In this document: positions 28,564 through 39,202 of the stretch, one piece after another
Position numbering within the stretch: the stretch's first letter is position 1
Layout of the letters: the number at the start of each line of letters is the position of its first letter
Virus record (IMG/VR): IMGVR_UViG_3300017743_000002
Location: 38,381-102,380 of that record
Source of the DNA: a virus
DNA: 64,000 nt
Strand: one strand, 5' to 3'
Position numbers and translations under genes: made by a program
Notes under the pieces: generated by a model
The model's database searches: none
Told to the model about the DNA's origin: nothing
The model's input: the letters and a program-made list of their open reading frames with translations, nothing else

Positions 28564-28853
28564 AATGATGTATTTTCTGTTAAAAACTCATCCCAACTTT
28601 GAGTAAATGAATTTTGTAAACCAATACCATCATTGTTGGTGTAATCCCAAGCATAATTATCAAAATCAGGTGGGAATTGGGATTCTGATATTATTTGGTA
28701 TCTACAATTTTCAGAAACTGATTTTTTAGCACACCAATTAATTCTATTTCTATAAACATCATTTGATTCACTTACTTTTTGTTCGGTAATTGAACCAATT
28801 CCCGTATCAGAAAGTGATTGTGAAGTTTCAAATATAAAATACAACTTATCCAT
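28560..28853 (-). CDS. Small tail-fibre-associated protein
   Basis: YQIISESQFPPDFDNYAWDY motif. Located between the fibre and the chaperone. Confidence 0.5.
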   Translation of the reverse strand: MDKLYFIFETSQSLSDTGIGSITEQKVSESNDVYRNRINWCAKKSVSENCRYQIISESQFPPDFDNYAWDYTNNDGIGLQNSFTQSWDEFLTENTSL

Positions 28854-28870
28854 AATTTTTCTTTTAATTA

Positions 28871-31800
28871 TTAATCTGAGAATAAAACAAAATATACAAT
28901 ATTTGGGTCTCTATCCTGGTCTCCGTTATTATCTTTAACATTTATTTCAACATTAGAAGTTTTTACCTTTACACCAGTATTAAAAGAGAACTCATTATCT
29001 CCCAAATTTGTTCCAGGTCCATTATCAGTACTACCATTTCTACCATATCCATTTGCAAATCCCAATCCACTTGATAAACTAAAACCAGTTGTACTAGTAA
29101 GTGTTACCGTAAATTCTCCCTTTGATGCCCTAGTTACACTCGAAACATTATGGTCATTGTAAGGTCCTTCAATATTTCCAGATGTACTTACACCAAAATA
29201 ACATGCTGCAACTAATTGCATTGTACCAATTGGAGTTCCATTTAATTCTCGCATCCACCCCTCTCTAAAATAGTTAGAGCTGGCACCTAAGTTCCATCCA
29301 GATGTATCTCCATATGCAGCGTGAGGTGTAGGTTTAATATTACCAGCTATTGAAAGAGCCATTTTATCATTAGTGCTTGTACCACCTGATATTTGATTTC
29401 TTGATTCTATTTTTATAGCACCATCAACTACTTCTACTAATTCAACTTCAGTTGCATCTTGGTCTCTTCTATGTAGTCTAGTGAATCTACCTGTACCAGA
29501 TACTACTTGTATTCCCGCAGGAAGTATTTCAATAAAATTATTATTTTTTTGAATACTAATAGTATCTTGGTATGGAACAACAGTACTTTTGCTTCCATTG
29601 TTTAAATAACCCTTTGCACTGGTGTTATCTGAATCAAAGACAAAATTGGATACACCATAAGTTGTAGTTGTAGTTGCACTAGAATTAGCAGATACTGTTA
29701 CACTTGTTGATGCTCTTGACCTAAGATTAATTCTAAATCTAACTTTATAATTACCAGTATTAGGTATTTCTACATCGAAATTGCTAGTACCTCCAGCTAC
29801 AGTACGAAGTCCTTGATTTGACTGACCATAACTGAAATTTTGCTGATTCCATGATAAAGAACCAAATACGTTGTGAGAAATAATATTATTTGAAATATAG
29901 TTTACATAGTTTGGTACAGTAAAAGTTATTACCTCTTCTTCTTTTTCAATTTTTCTAATATTAGTTATAGCAACTTTCTTTTTAGAATCACCATCCTTAA
30001 CCCACAATTTTAAATGATCTTGTGTCATTGGATTGCCAGCTAATTTATATTTATATAATTCTGATACTATTATTTGACCTGAATTTTTTTGATTACCAAA
30101 CAACCAAAATTTATGAGAATCTGATACTTCAATTTCGTTACCATCAATAGTTACTTTATAAATTTCACTTACATTTGATTTTTTAATCTTAGATATTCTT
30201 GCCGATACCCACTTATCAGTATCACTATCCCATGCTAAAATTTTATCATCTAAAGTAATATCTTTTGCTAACTTTGTATTACCATCTTCTAAAGTAATTT
30301 CAGTAGTACCAACTACGGAATTAATTCCCCCACCACCACTACTTGAGGCTTGCCAAAAATAGAATGCTTCGTTAGCTCCATATACATTTAAAGCGCTTAA
30401 ATATTTGGTAGCTACTAATGTACTTGTATCATCATTCCATAATTCCAAATACTGATATATTGCTCTAGACCCATATGAATTTCCACCGAAAATTTGATTT
30501 CCACCATGAACTTGGCCTTCAACTGATGGTGAATAATTTGGTGATGGTGAATTAAATTCTCCTTCAACAATACCAGTAGCATCTAAATGCAATGATGGAT
30601 AATCAATATCAGTAAGTAAAACTGGTCCTGCATCTAATGCCACATTGGCTGAGAAAATTGAATTTTGGTCCTCACTAGCATTTTCTAAAAAACCATATTG
30701 ACTAGTAGTACTAATTCCAATCACATTTTTATAAAAATGCTGTGAGGTCGATTGTGCAAATGTAAATGTACCGCCACCAGCATCAGTCTCTGTAAATGCA
30801 TCTTGGCTTCCAATTGTTACTCTTTCAGTATATTCAGGAACACCATCATATGCAAAACCATCATTATAGATATAGGTTCTATTACCCATACCAACGTGGT
30901 TTTCACAATAGTACCAAAATTCCATTGAGGATGGGTCTCCAACTAATCCGTTACCACCAGCCCACGGAGATTCCATACTAGCAGATGGAATAATTTGAAT
31001 ATATGCACCAGCATTACCAGGATCAGCACTACTTGTTATAATTAAGAAAGGTTGCTGATATTCAGATGTAGTCAATGTTGTTGATTTATTGTATCTTCCA
31101 CCATATGTACCTATTCCATTTTCCCTCATTGAAAAACTAAATTCATGAGTATCCAATGATGAATCTGATAAATCAAAGTAGTATCCTCTATTTTGAACTG
31201 TACCACCAGTACCAGTATCTCCATATGCACTTCTTTCCAAATAAATTACTGGTGCCTCTTCTGCACCATCACCATAATCTATATAAAATTTACTATTTTG
31301 AACTGTAACTGAGGATGTTGCTGGATAATCTAAACTTTGAGTAACAAGAGATGCACTATAAATTTGGATTTCCCCTACGTTAGGGTCAAATCGTATTTCA
31401 CCATCATCATCTTGCAAGATACCACCAGTTCCATCAATTGGGTTACCATTAGAATCTAACTCACGTGGTGTAATTACCCACTGTCCTATGTTACCATCAT
31501 TAGCATCTATTGTTCCTTTTATAAATGCATCAACTGCATTTACAATACCATCTTTAGTAACGGTGAAATTATATGAACGATTATCAACTTCAGTATATTG
31601 TGTAGTTAAATCATATCCTATTTGAAGACCGGGTCCTCTTATTATTGAATTTGAACCTGTACCTAACAGTGCTGCATTTGATAATGCAATTACACCATCA
31701 TTATATATCATAAAATCTGAACCACTTACCAGTGATAATACAGGCGCAGCTGAGCCACTTGGGTATCCTATGAAGATACCATCTTCTTCAAATGATTGAG

Positions 31801-34800
31801 TTGCCTGTCCAATTGAAATAAATGGAGAAGCACTACCATTTTCAGTATCAGCGTTAAGTGATATAACAGGTTTATTATTTTCACCCGTACCAACATTTAT
31901 TGTTCTATTAGCATAAACATCTTCAGCAAAAAGGATATCAGTTGCAACTGAAGTAAATTGTGCTCCAAATATTGCGAATGCATCATCACCATCTAATTGT
32001 AATCCACCACCACCATTCATAGGTACTAAGTTTGATGCAGCACCTAAAGAAGTCCAAAGAGAGCTTGCTTGTGGGTTTGTTGTTCTTGATTGTCCAGTTA
32101 TTGAACTATTAGCCACATAATATGTATTATCAGAACCATTTGTACCTACTGGGTTAAATATGATATCATTTATAGCATAATCTTGTGTGTTTGCAACCCA
32201 ATCTCCTCTATGATAGTGTTCTATTTCCGTAGTATAAAACCTATCCCCGCTTCCATCATTATATTTAACTACATATTTTAAATCACCAGAAAGATATTCG
32301 GTTGGATTATTATAAGTGTTATTTGTACCAACTTTCCAAGCCCCAGCATATACAATACCAGATGCATCCCCATCAGCACCATCTGTACCATCTTTTACTT
32401 TGGTTAAAGTTTGTGTTGTTGTTGCTGTAAACGCATCTCCTAAAAGTCTTATACCTGAAATATTATAAGTTATGGTAACTGTATCTTCATTGTTATCCAT
32501 AGAAGTAAAATCAGCAACCGTTGCAGTAGTTGTACCACCACCACCAAAAGATGGTGTATTCATAGTAGATGCTGGACTTTGAGTAGCCGTAATTGTATAT
32601 ACACCTGTACCAGCTCCAATTGAGGATACTTTTGTTAGTGCAGTTACACCTTCAAATACTCGTATCTCCGTACCACTATTAGTATATGATGAAACCACAC
32701 CAGCAGATGAAGCTGGTAATGAGTGTGCTTGGTTTGTATTAATTACAGTAATTCCATCAACACCATCTGCTCCATCAGATATAATATAGAATGTTTCGTT
32801 TATTGTGGTTGTTTGAGAAGTAGCAGGGTCAGTAAATACTGCAGTTACTACAACATCTTTAGTATCGGTATAATTTGTATCTCCAAGAGTCATTGAAGTA
32901 CCATCCCCATCATCGGCTGTAATTGTAATTTGAGATGCACCCGTTGCAGTACCTATTTTCATTTGGTCTACTGTACCACTCCAATTTGGTGTTATTGTTA
33001 CGTTCTTTGTATATTCAGTTCCAGACGTATCATAGAAAGATGCCTGAACAGTTAATGTAGTTGGGGTATAGATATTAGTTATCGAGTCTCTTGATGTTTT
33101 TAAGTTTGATGCGATAAATGAACCACCACCTAATCCATCGGTTACATCCAATAATGTTATTGAATCTAATACCTGTGGAGTTGGGGTACTGCCATCTTTT
33201 AGTAAAAGTGTTTTAGTTCCATTAATGAAGTCTTTGTCAATGGTTGGATTATAAACTACACCATTACCAGCATCAGTAACACCAGTTTGTACAGCAAGTA
33301 ATGTATTACCATCATAAATTCGTGCATCAGTACCAGATGTTATATTAGCTACTCCATTTAAATCTGCTTTTTGAACTTGTAGTGTAATATTACCACTACT
33401 ATTTTTTATTTGAGTACCACCAGCAGTTGGAGTAATAAAGAAATTTGGCTCAGTATCCGAACCTGGTTTAACACCAAATATGTTAATTACATCACTAATT
33501 AGTTCGGTTTGGTCTTGTCCACTTAATCCACCATCAGCTACACCAACTCTAAATTGAAGAGGCATATCTGATATTGTTGTTCCACTTAAATCAATACTAC
33601 TTACAATATCATTGTTAGTATCAGAACCATCAGTAAATGTAGTTTCATCAGTAAAGTTAGTACCACCACCAGTAAATTTAAAATAAGGGTCTATGAAGTT
33701 AGATGATGATGCAAATACGTTAATTGAAGATGGTGATGGATTGTTACCATTTTGGTCATATGCAATTACAAAAGTATTAGCTGATAATGAAACAGTCTTA
33801 CCAGTTCCAGATGCAGCAGTCCAAGGACCTACTGCTGGAGGTCCATCGGTAGCATCACCACTTACATCAGATGTATGTGCTGAATTTGCTGTCCAACTTT
33901 GTCCGTTATAGATAACCAAATCATCAGCGGCATAAACTGTAGCAGTAGCCCATATACCTCTTAATGTTGGTTCTGTAGCACCAGCAGATGTTTGTCTTAT
34001 GGAACCTCTAATTGTTAAAGTTTCACCATCCCATTTTAATTGGTTATAACTTCCACCATTATTTGTACCCGTTAGTGAAAGTATCCCAGATGTACTATTG
34101 GTTCCAGCACCTGCTCCACCCATATCATTGGTTACTCCTAAGAATGCACCCGGCTGTCCGAATCCTTGAGTACCAGTTTGTCCAACCGCTATGTAAGGTT
34201 CATCCGTTCCACCAACAATTGCTATATTTGCGTTAACGTTTCCAGGAGGTGGTTCACCAACATTGATTGTATTTTTTACAAATGATTCTTCGAAGATTGC
34301 TAACTTAGCAGCAACGAAGAAATCTTGTTGACCTAAATATTGCCATCCCCCAGCATCAATATCACCTTCTTGAGTTGCAGGTGGTCCAGCAGAGTAAACA
34401 GGTTGAGCAGTATAAATACCATCATCATTACCCAATCCATCAGATTCTTCAGTATATTCTGATTTGTTTATTAATTCTTCAGTAGTTGCCCAATAGTGAA
34501 CCTCATCACTAATTTCTCTAAATACAGCATCTCTTCTTTTTTGAGTTAAATCGAATATATATGCTATTTCCTCATCCCATTCACCCCTCACAACAATACC
34601 AGGTCCAGTTGCTCCTTCAAAAACAGTTGAGAATGATTGTTGTACAAATTGTTCACCCCTACCATTTTCAAAATCAATTTTAAATACAATAAATCCTTGT
34701 GTATTTTGTTGAGGTGAATTCCAATTAGTTACAGCAGATGAACTAGCATATAATTCACCAGAAGAAGATACTATTTCTTTTGAATCTCTTAAAGTACCTT

Positions 34801-37800
34801 GTGTTAAAAATGATGATATCTCATGTATAGATGCTGAAAATTGTCCGAATGTACCTATTGGTAAAAATGTTACTGGGTCAACTGCTTGTTCATTATATTG
34901 TTCAACATATTGTAATTCCGTTCCACCTTTGTATGCTCTGAGTAAAGTTCCAGCATTATCAAAATAAGTTGTACCATCAACTTCAACAGTTACTGAAGAT
35001 GCTGGATTTGATAATACTACTGAGTATGCAGCTGAACCTTCTGCTATACCAGATAGAGTTACACTATCAGTATCCACTATTGTTCCAGCAGAGTTACCAT
35101 CTCTTAATTCAACTGTAAATGTTTTTGTTGAACCAGTAGCTGGTAAATCACCAACAGTTGCTGTATTATTTGTAGATGATGCCTGTACCGTAGAACCATC
35201 AACATTTAAGAATTTAAAGAAAGCAGAACCAGTTACATTTATTGCGGTTGCTGATAATACAATATCACCCGAAGGTGCTACTTTAACACCATCACCATCA
35301 TAAATAACAGTATCACTACTAGCTACTAAACTAACCTTTCTTGCAGCAGTTCCATCATTTACTTTTGAAAATGTTTGTGTTTTTGAAACTATTCTCGGAA
35401 CACCAGCTACACCAGCAGTCAATGAATAAGGATAAACCTTAAAGTTATATGTAATACTAGCAGATGGTTGGTTGTTTGCCAATCCACCAAATCCTTTAAA
35501 GTGTAATACTTCTCCACCAGATGAAGATATACTACCAGATACACTTAAATCTCTAAATGAAGATGATAGTTCACTAAATTCTATGTTTGATGCTGATATG
35601 GATGCAGTTACGAATGTACCTGGTCTACCACCATCGTATTCATCATAGAAGAAGAACTCATCGTCTTGTTTTATAAATACTTCAGTTGTTGCGCTTGAAT
35701 AATCAGAAACAAATCCTATTTCATCTGCATTTAATGCGTTAGCAATTGGGTCTAATGTTACTTCAATTGGACCACCACCATCTACTATCTTTGTAAACTT
35801 TTGTATTTTACTTGCAGTTACTAATGATGCAGTAAAGTATGGAAATATATTAAAATCAAATTGTACACTTGCACTTAGTGCTGACATTGTTTCGAATCCA
35901 GACAAACTCATTGTTGTTGTTGAATCACCAACTAAGGTTTCGAAAACTATATTAGTAGGTACAACCGATGTTGTTGTAAATGTACCAGGATTACCACTAC
36001 CAGTATTTATTAAAAATAAATCACCTTGTGTTATTTGTACATCGGTATCAGCTAATCCATAGTTGTAAACATCACCTTTATGATTTGAACCCAATGCTAT
36101 TGGATTTGGGTCTATATCAATAACAATAGAATCTTGACCAGGTAAACCATCAGGCGTAATAAAGAATGTTTTATTTGCAGTTACAGATGCTGAAGTAATT
36201 GGTTCAGTATATGTAAATTCAAAGTTTAATTGTTTTGTTTGAGTAGCAGTATAATATGGAACACTATCTCCAGGTACACCACTATCTATTGAATCACCAA
36301 CAACATTAGTAACAGCTACTGTTATTGTATCATCAAATGCACCAGTATCATAAAATACAAATAACTCAGGTAGTTCAGTTAAAGGTTGAATCGATGCCGA
36401 TGGTTTTACAACCAAACTAGCAGTTAACGGATTCAACGTACTACCTCTTTGTTGGAATGATGATGTTACAATTATCTGAGTCGGGTCAAATGAGAATGCT
36501 TCTCTTGGTTTATACTTTATATTAAATTGGTCTGCGGTTGAGGTTACCAAACCAGGATTCAAACCATCTTTTAAATCAGTTAGAATTTCAGATGTTAAAA
36601 TAGATTCGGTTGTTGGTCCATCCATAAGATAAACTGTCAACTCATTATCAATTGCATCTCTATCAAAGATAGCATTATAATCAATTTCACCACTACCAGT
36701 TTCACCAGCGGTTACACCTTCTAAGAAATCAGGATTTGTGATTGCTTGTGAAAGTGATACATATGTATTTACTTCAGTTAATCCATCTAATGAAGATGAA
36801 AGTACATGAAGTTTAGCTTCAGAAAAATCTTTTTCTAATCCACTTCTTAAATTTATACGATTTATACCATCAACCCTTACTGCTTGAATCTCTAATGTTT
36901 TTGATTCTTTGTTTTTAATTTGTAATCCTCTAAATGGTACTATCTCAAAACTAACTCCACCTTTACCATCTTCAACTCTACTAATTATGAAGGTATCAGA
37001 AACACCTTCTATGGCACCAGTATATCTAATAAATTGTACTGAGATATCATCTCTTGAACCTGTGAAATCTTCTACTCTCAAAAATGGTTCTCTACCACCA
37101 TCTACATCCCAATTAGTTAAGTAACCAGGATAAATACCACCAACATATTGTGATGATGATAATAAGTTACCAAATGAATCAAACGCACCAGATGTATAAG
37201 TTATAGAACCAGTTACCAATGTAGTCTCAACATCAATTGCTATTGTTAGAGGTGGTACTGCGTTAGCTGGATTTGATGCTGAATCAAATGAGAAATATAA
37301 ATTATCAGGTGTAATTTCTATATCCTTTTCAAATAAGTTTGTGTTACCACCACTAAATGTTTTTGTATCTTCAACTCTAACAGGAATAAAATTATTATTG
37401 ATATCATAAAATTCAAATCGATAATCAAATGTTTCGGTTACTAAGAATTTTGGTACTTGTTGAACGAATGTAATTTCATCAGGCGAAAATGAAGTTTCTT
37501 GAGATGCTTTTAAACTAACATTGTTTACATACCAATCACTACCACTTACTTCAAAGTATAATCGTGCAGAATCAAAAGTATCTGCTATAATATTTTCATT
37601 GATATTTGTTTTTTGTAAAATACCATTTGATGAATTAATTGTTGTTATTGTTTGTGATGTTGGTGTACTACCATTAGAACCACTTAAAAATACTTTTAAA
37701 TAATCACCAGAAGTATTTTCTCCTTTTCTTACATTAAAATCTAAAGTATATTCTACACCATTCTGAATTGAAAAACTTTCAGTAGTAAAGAAAAAGTTAT

Positions 37801-38944
37801 CAGGTGATGAATTTAATTTTGCTGAGTTATATAATACATCTTGATTAAATGTTACATTAAAATCATTTGATGATGTTACCCAATATTCATCTATTACTGG
37901 TTGTGTGAAGAATCCATAAGGTTCTTCTTTTTTAGCGAAGGTTGTTATATCTCTTAATACCTCATTTGATTCTAATTGTATTTCTTGCACAAATTCGAAA
38001 TCAGTTAAGTTTGATTGAGACCTTCTAAATACTTTTACTCTTGCAGCATCACCTACAAAAGTTTTCATATCAGTAATACTAATCTTAGCAAATGAACCAG
38101 TTAGTGCAGTTGCTAAATCAGCTACATTTTCTATATATGGAAATTCTAATGAATAACTTTCATTTGTAAATGATGTTACAATATTGTTTTCCGCATATGG
38201 AGGAGATACAATTATTTCATTTTCATTTACAATTTCTTTAATTTTTGGAGCATAATTAATATTATCAAATGTAATGATTTCCTCATCAATTGAACCTGTC
38301 CATTTATTTCCACTCTTAATTTTTAATCTATAATTTGTAGGTAATGTAAAATTACTTAAATCAGTTCCTGCGTTTGGAACCAATGGAATACCATCTACTA
38401 CTCCAGTTTGTGTTACTACTGGTGGATTATCACTAAAGATTGGTTTTACTATTTCATCTATGGTAACCTCAGGTCTACGATAGAATCTAACTTTATCTTC
38501 GTTAGCTAATAGTTTATTGATTTGAAAGGTTCTTTCCCACTTAACATTATAGGCACCTTTCCATTGATTTGGAACTTCTCGTTTTACACCATTATCATCA
38601 TACTCCTTTAGTTCACCTAAAACAGTAATCTTACCCAATCCAATTGGAGTATCATTATAAATGTAAACAGCTATTAGTTTAGATATACCCTCATAGTATT
38701 CTGGAATACCATTACCTGGTTCAAAATAGATTGGGTTTCCAGCAACATCTAAAAGTTCAATCTTTATTTCAGTTGATTCTTTTAGGTATTCTGAACCCTC
38801 TATTAAAAATCCATTCTTACCACCAGTAAATGTATCCTTAAATTCGGTTATTCTAAAGTAATCCGAATTTGGAGTTTCATCTTCTATGAATGTCTGAAAT
38901 GATGATAAGTTTTGTTCGGGTGAATATTTTTTTATTCTTGCCAT
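28871..38944 (-). CDS. Giant tail fibre / adhesin-like virion protein (3357 aa) with repeated beta-sandwich modules, CBM5/12-like, cupredoxin-like and Hint domains
   Basis: S/T/G/D-rich with repeated ..DG..G linkers. WATATVYAADDLVIYNGQSWTA (CBM5/12-like), YYCENHVGMG, and a Hint domain at aa 2876-3025. Followed by chaperone genes. Late box at 38970-38977. Confidence 0.8.
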   Translation of the reverse strand: MARIKKYSPEQNLSSFQTFIEDETPNSDYFRITEFKDTFTGGKNGFLIEGSEYLKESTEIKIELLDVAGNPIYFEPGNGIPEYYEGISKLIAVYIYNDTPIGLGKITVLGELKEYDDNGVKREVPNQWKGAYNVKWERTFQINKLLANEDKVRFYRRPEVTIDEIVKPIFSDNPPVVTQTGVVDGIPLVPNAGTDLSNFTLPTNYRLKIKSGNKWTGSIDEEIITFDNINYAPKIKEIVNENEIIVSPPYAENNIVTSFTNESYSLEFPYIENVADLATALTGSFAKISITDMKTFVGDAARVKVFRRSQSNLTDFEFVQEIQLESNEVLRDITTFAKKEEPYGFFTQPVIDEYWVTSSNDFNVTFNQDVLYNSAKLNSSPDNFFFTTESFSIQNGVEYTLDFNVRKGENTSGDYLKVFLSGSNGSTPTSQTITTINSSNGILQKTNINENIIADTFDSARLYFEVSGSDWYVNNVSLKASQETSFSPDEITFVQQVPKFLVTETFDYRFEFYDINNNFIPVRVEDTKTFSGGNTNLFEKDIEITPDNLYFSFDSASNPANAVPPLTIAIDVETTLVTGSITYTSGAFDSFGNLLSSSQYVGGIYPGYLTNWDVDGGREPFLRVEDFTGSRDDISVQFIRYTGAIEGVSDTFIISRVEDGKGGVSFEIVPFRGLQIKNKESKTLEIQAVRVDGINRINLRSGLEKDFSEAKLHVLSSSLDGLTEVNTYVSLSQAITNPDFLEGVTAGETGSGEIDYNAIFDRDAIDNELTVYLMDGPTTESILTSEILTDLKDGLNPGLVTSTADQFNIKYKPREAFSFDPTQIIVTSSFQQRGSTLNPLTASLVVKPSASIQPLTELPELFVFYDTGAFDDTITVAVTNVVGDSIDSGVPGDSVPYYTATQTKQLNFEFTYTEPITSASVTANKTFFITPDGLPGQDSIVIDIDPNPIALGSNHKGDVYNYGLADTDVQITQGDLFLINTGSGNPGTFTTTSVVPTNIVFETLVGDSTTTMSLSGFETMSALSASVQFDFNIFPYFTASLVTASKIQKFTKIVDGGGPIEVTLDPIANALNADEIGFVSDYSSATTEVFIKQDDEFFFYDEYDGGRPGTFVTASISASNIEFSELSSSFRDLSVSGSISSSGGEVLHFKGFGGLANNQPSASITYNFKVYPYSLTAGVAGVPRIVSKTQTFSKVNDGTAARKVSLVASSDTVIYDGDGVKVAPSGDIVLSATAINVTGSAFFKFLNVDGSTVQASSTNNTATVGDLPATGSTKTFTVELRDGNSAGTIVDTDSVTLSGIAEGSAAYSVVLSNPASSVTVEVDGTTYFDNAGTLLRAYKGGTELQYVEQYNEQAVDPVTFLPIGTFGQFSASIHEISSFLTQGTLRDSKEIVSSSGELYASSSAVTNWNSPQQNTQGFIVFKIDFENGRGEQFVQQSFSTVFEGATGPGIVVRGEWDEEIAYIFDLTQKRRDAVFREISDEVHYWATTEELINKSEYTEESDGLGNDDGIYTAQPVYSAGPPATQEGDIDAGGWQYLGQQDFFVAAKLAIFEESFVKNTINVGEPPPGNVNANIAIVGGTDEPYIAVGQTGTQGFGQPGAFLGVTNDMGGAGAGTNSTSGILSLTGTNNGGSYNQLKWDGETLTIRGSIRQTSAGATEPTLRGIWATATVYAADDLVIYNGQSWTANSAHTSDVSGDATDGPPAVGPWTAASGTGKTVSLSANTFVIAYDQNGNNPSPSSINVFASSSNFIDPYFKFTGGGTNFTDETTFTDGSDTNNDIVSSIDLSGTTISDMPLQFRVGVADGGLSGQDQTELISDVINIFGVKPGSDTEPNFFITPTAGGTQIKNSSGNITLQVQKADLNGVANITSGTDARIYDGNTLLAVQTGVTDAGNGVVYNPTIDKDFINGTKTLLLKDGSTPTPQVLDSITLLDVTDGLGGGSFIASNLKTSRDSITNIYTPTTLTVQASFYDTSGTEYTKNVTITPNWSGTVDQMKIGTATGASQITITADDGDGTSMTLGDTNYTDTKDVVVTAVFTDPATSQTTTINETFYIISDGADGVDGITVINTNQAHSLPASSAGVVSSYTNSGTEIRVFEGVTALTKVSSIGAGTGVYTITATQSPASTMNTPSFGGGGTTTATVADFTSMDNNEDTVTITYNISGIRLLGDAFTATTTQTLTKVKDGTDGADGDASGIVYAGAWKVGTNNTYNNPTEYLSGDLKYVVKYNDGSGDRFYTTEIEHYHRGDWVANTQDYAINDIIFNPVGTNGSDNTYYVANSSITGQSRTTNPQASSLWTSLGAASNLVPMNGGGGLQLDGDDAFAIFGAQFTSVATDILFAEDVYANRTINVGTGENNKPVISLNADTENGSASPFISIGQATQSFEEDGIFIGYPSGSAAPVLSLVSGSDFMIYNDGVIALSNAALLGTGSNSIIRGPGLQIGYDLTTQYTEVDNRSYNFTVTKDGIVNAVDAFIKGTIDANDGNIGQWVITPRELDSNGNPIDGTGGILQDDDGEIRFDPNVGEIQIYSASLVTQSLDYPATSSVTVQNSKFYIDYGDGAEEAPVIYLERSAYGDTGTGGTVQNRGYYFDLSDSSLDTHEFSFSMRENGIGTYGGRYNKSTTLTTSEYQQPFLIITSSADPGNAGAYIQIIPSASMESPWAGGNGLVGDPSSMEFWYYCENHVGMGNRTYIYNDGFAYDGVPEYTERVTIGSQDAFTETDAGGGTFTFAQSTSQHFYKNVIGISTTSQYGFLENASEDQNSIFSANVALDAGPVLLTDIDYPSLHLDATGIVEGEFNSPSPNYSPSVEGQVHGGNQIFGGNSYGSRAIYQYLELWNDDTSTLVATKYLSALNVYGANEAFYFWQASSSGGGGINSVVGTTEITLEDGNTKLAKDITLDDKILAWDSDTDKWVSARISKIKKSNVSEIYKVTIDGNEIEVSDSHKFWLFGNQKNSGQIIVSELYKYKLAGNPMTQDHLKLWVKDGDSKKKVAITNIRKIEKEEEVITFTVPNYVNYISNNIISHNVFGSLSWNQQNFSYGQSNQGLRTVAGGTSNFDVEIPNTGNYKVRFRINLRSRASTSVTVSANSSATTTTTYGVSNFVFDSDNTSAKGYLNNGSKSTVVPYQDTISIQKNNNFIEILPAGIQVVSGTGRFTRLHRRDQDATEVELVEVVDGAIKIESRNQISGGTSTNDKMALSIAGNIKPTPHAAYGDTSGWNLGASSNYFREGWMRELNGTPIGTMQLVAACYFGVSTSGNIEGPYNDHNVSSVTRASKGEFTVTLTSTTGFSLSSGLGFANGYGRNGSTDNGPGTNLGDNEFSFNTGVKVKTSNVEINVKDNNGDQDRDPNIVYFVLFSD
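29870..30319 (-). other. Hint (intein-like) autoprocessing domain inside the giant fibre
   Basis: 150 aa. Block A SVVGTTEITLEDG, block B IEVSDSHKFW, block F/G VITFTVPNYVNYISNNIISHN. The next residue is Val. Confidence 0.85.
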
Positions 38945-38998
38945 TAAGAAATAGTTCCGTTAATTCCATTATAAATATTTGAAAAAATTAATTTAGAA

Positions 38999-39033
38999 TA
39001 TTTATTCTAAAGAAAACTAAAGAGTTCTAAAGA
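38999..39033 (+). promoter_or_regulatory. Plus-strand late box TATTTATT followed by three CTAAAGA direct repeats at 10-bp spacing (putative RHH operator)
   Basis: CTAAAGA at 39007, 39017 and 39027, ending 1 nt before the ATG at 39035. Confidence 0.65.
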
Positions 39034-39034
39034 A

Positions 39035-39202
39035 ATGAATAAAAAATATGCAATGTTACAAATTGATGCTGAAGTTCATCAATTATTAAAGTCCTTTTGT
39101 AGAGATAAAGGATACAAAATGAATGGGTTAGTAGAATCTCTTATAAAAGAAAAAGTATCACCAAAACAAACTCAACCACAAAACATTTTAAGGTCTAGCT
39201 AA
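39035..39202 (+). CDS. Small ribbon-helix-helix DNA-binding protein (55 aa)
   Basis: Below the ORF-track cutoff. Sequence MNKKYAMLQIDAEVHQLLKSFCRDKGYKMNGLVESLIKEKVSPKQTQPQNILRSS has the strand-helix-G-helix RHH pattern and its own promoter box. Confidence 0.75.
   Translation: MNKKYAMLQIDAEVHQLLKSFCRDKGYKMNGLVESLIKEKVSPKQTQPQNILRSS

Noticed and set aside
29870-30319. Mobile self-splicing intein
   Set aside because: No homing endonuclease, and the +1 residue is Val. Treated as a cleavage-type Hint domain instead.
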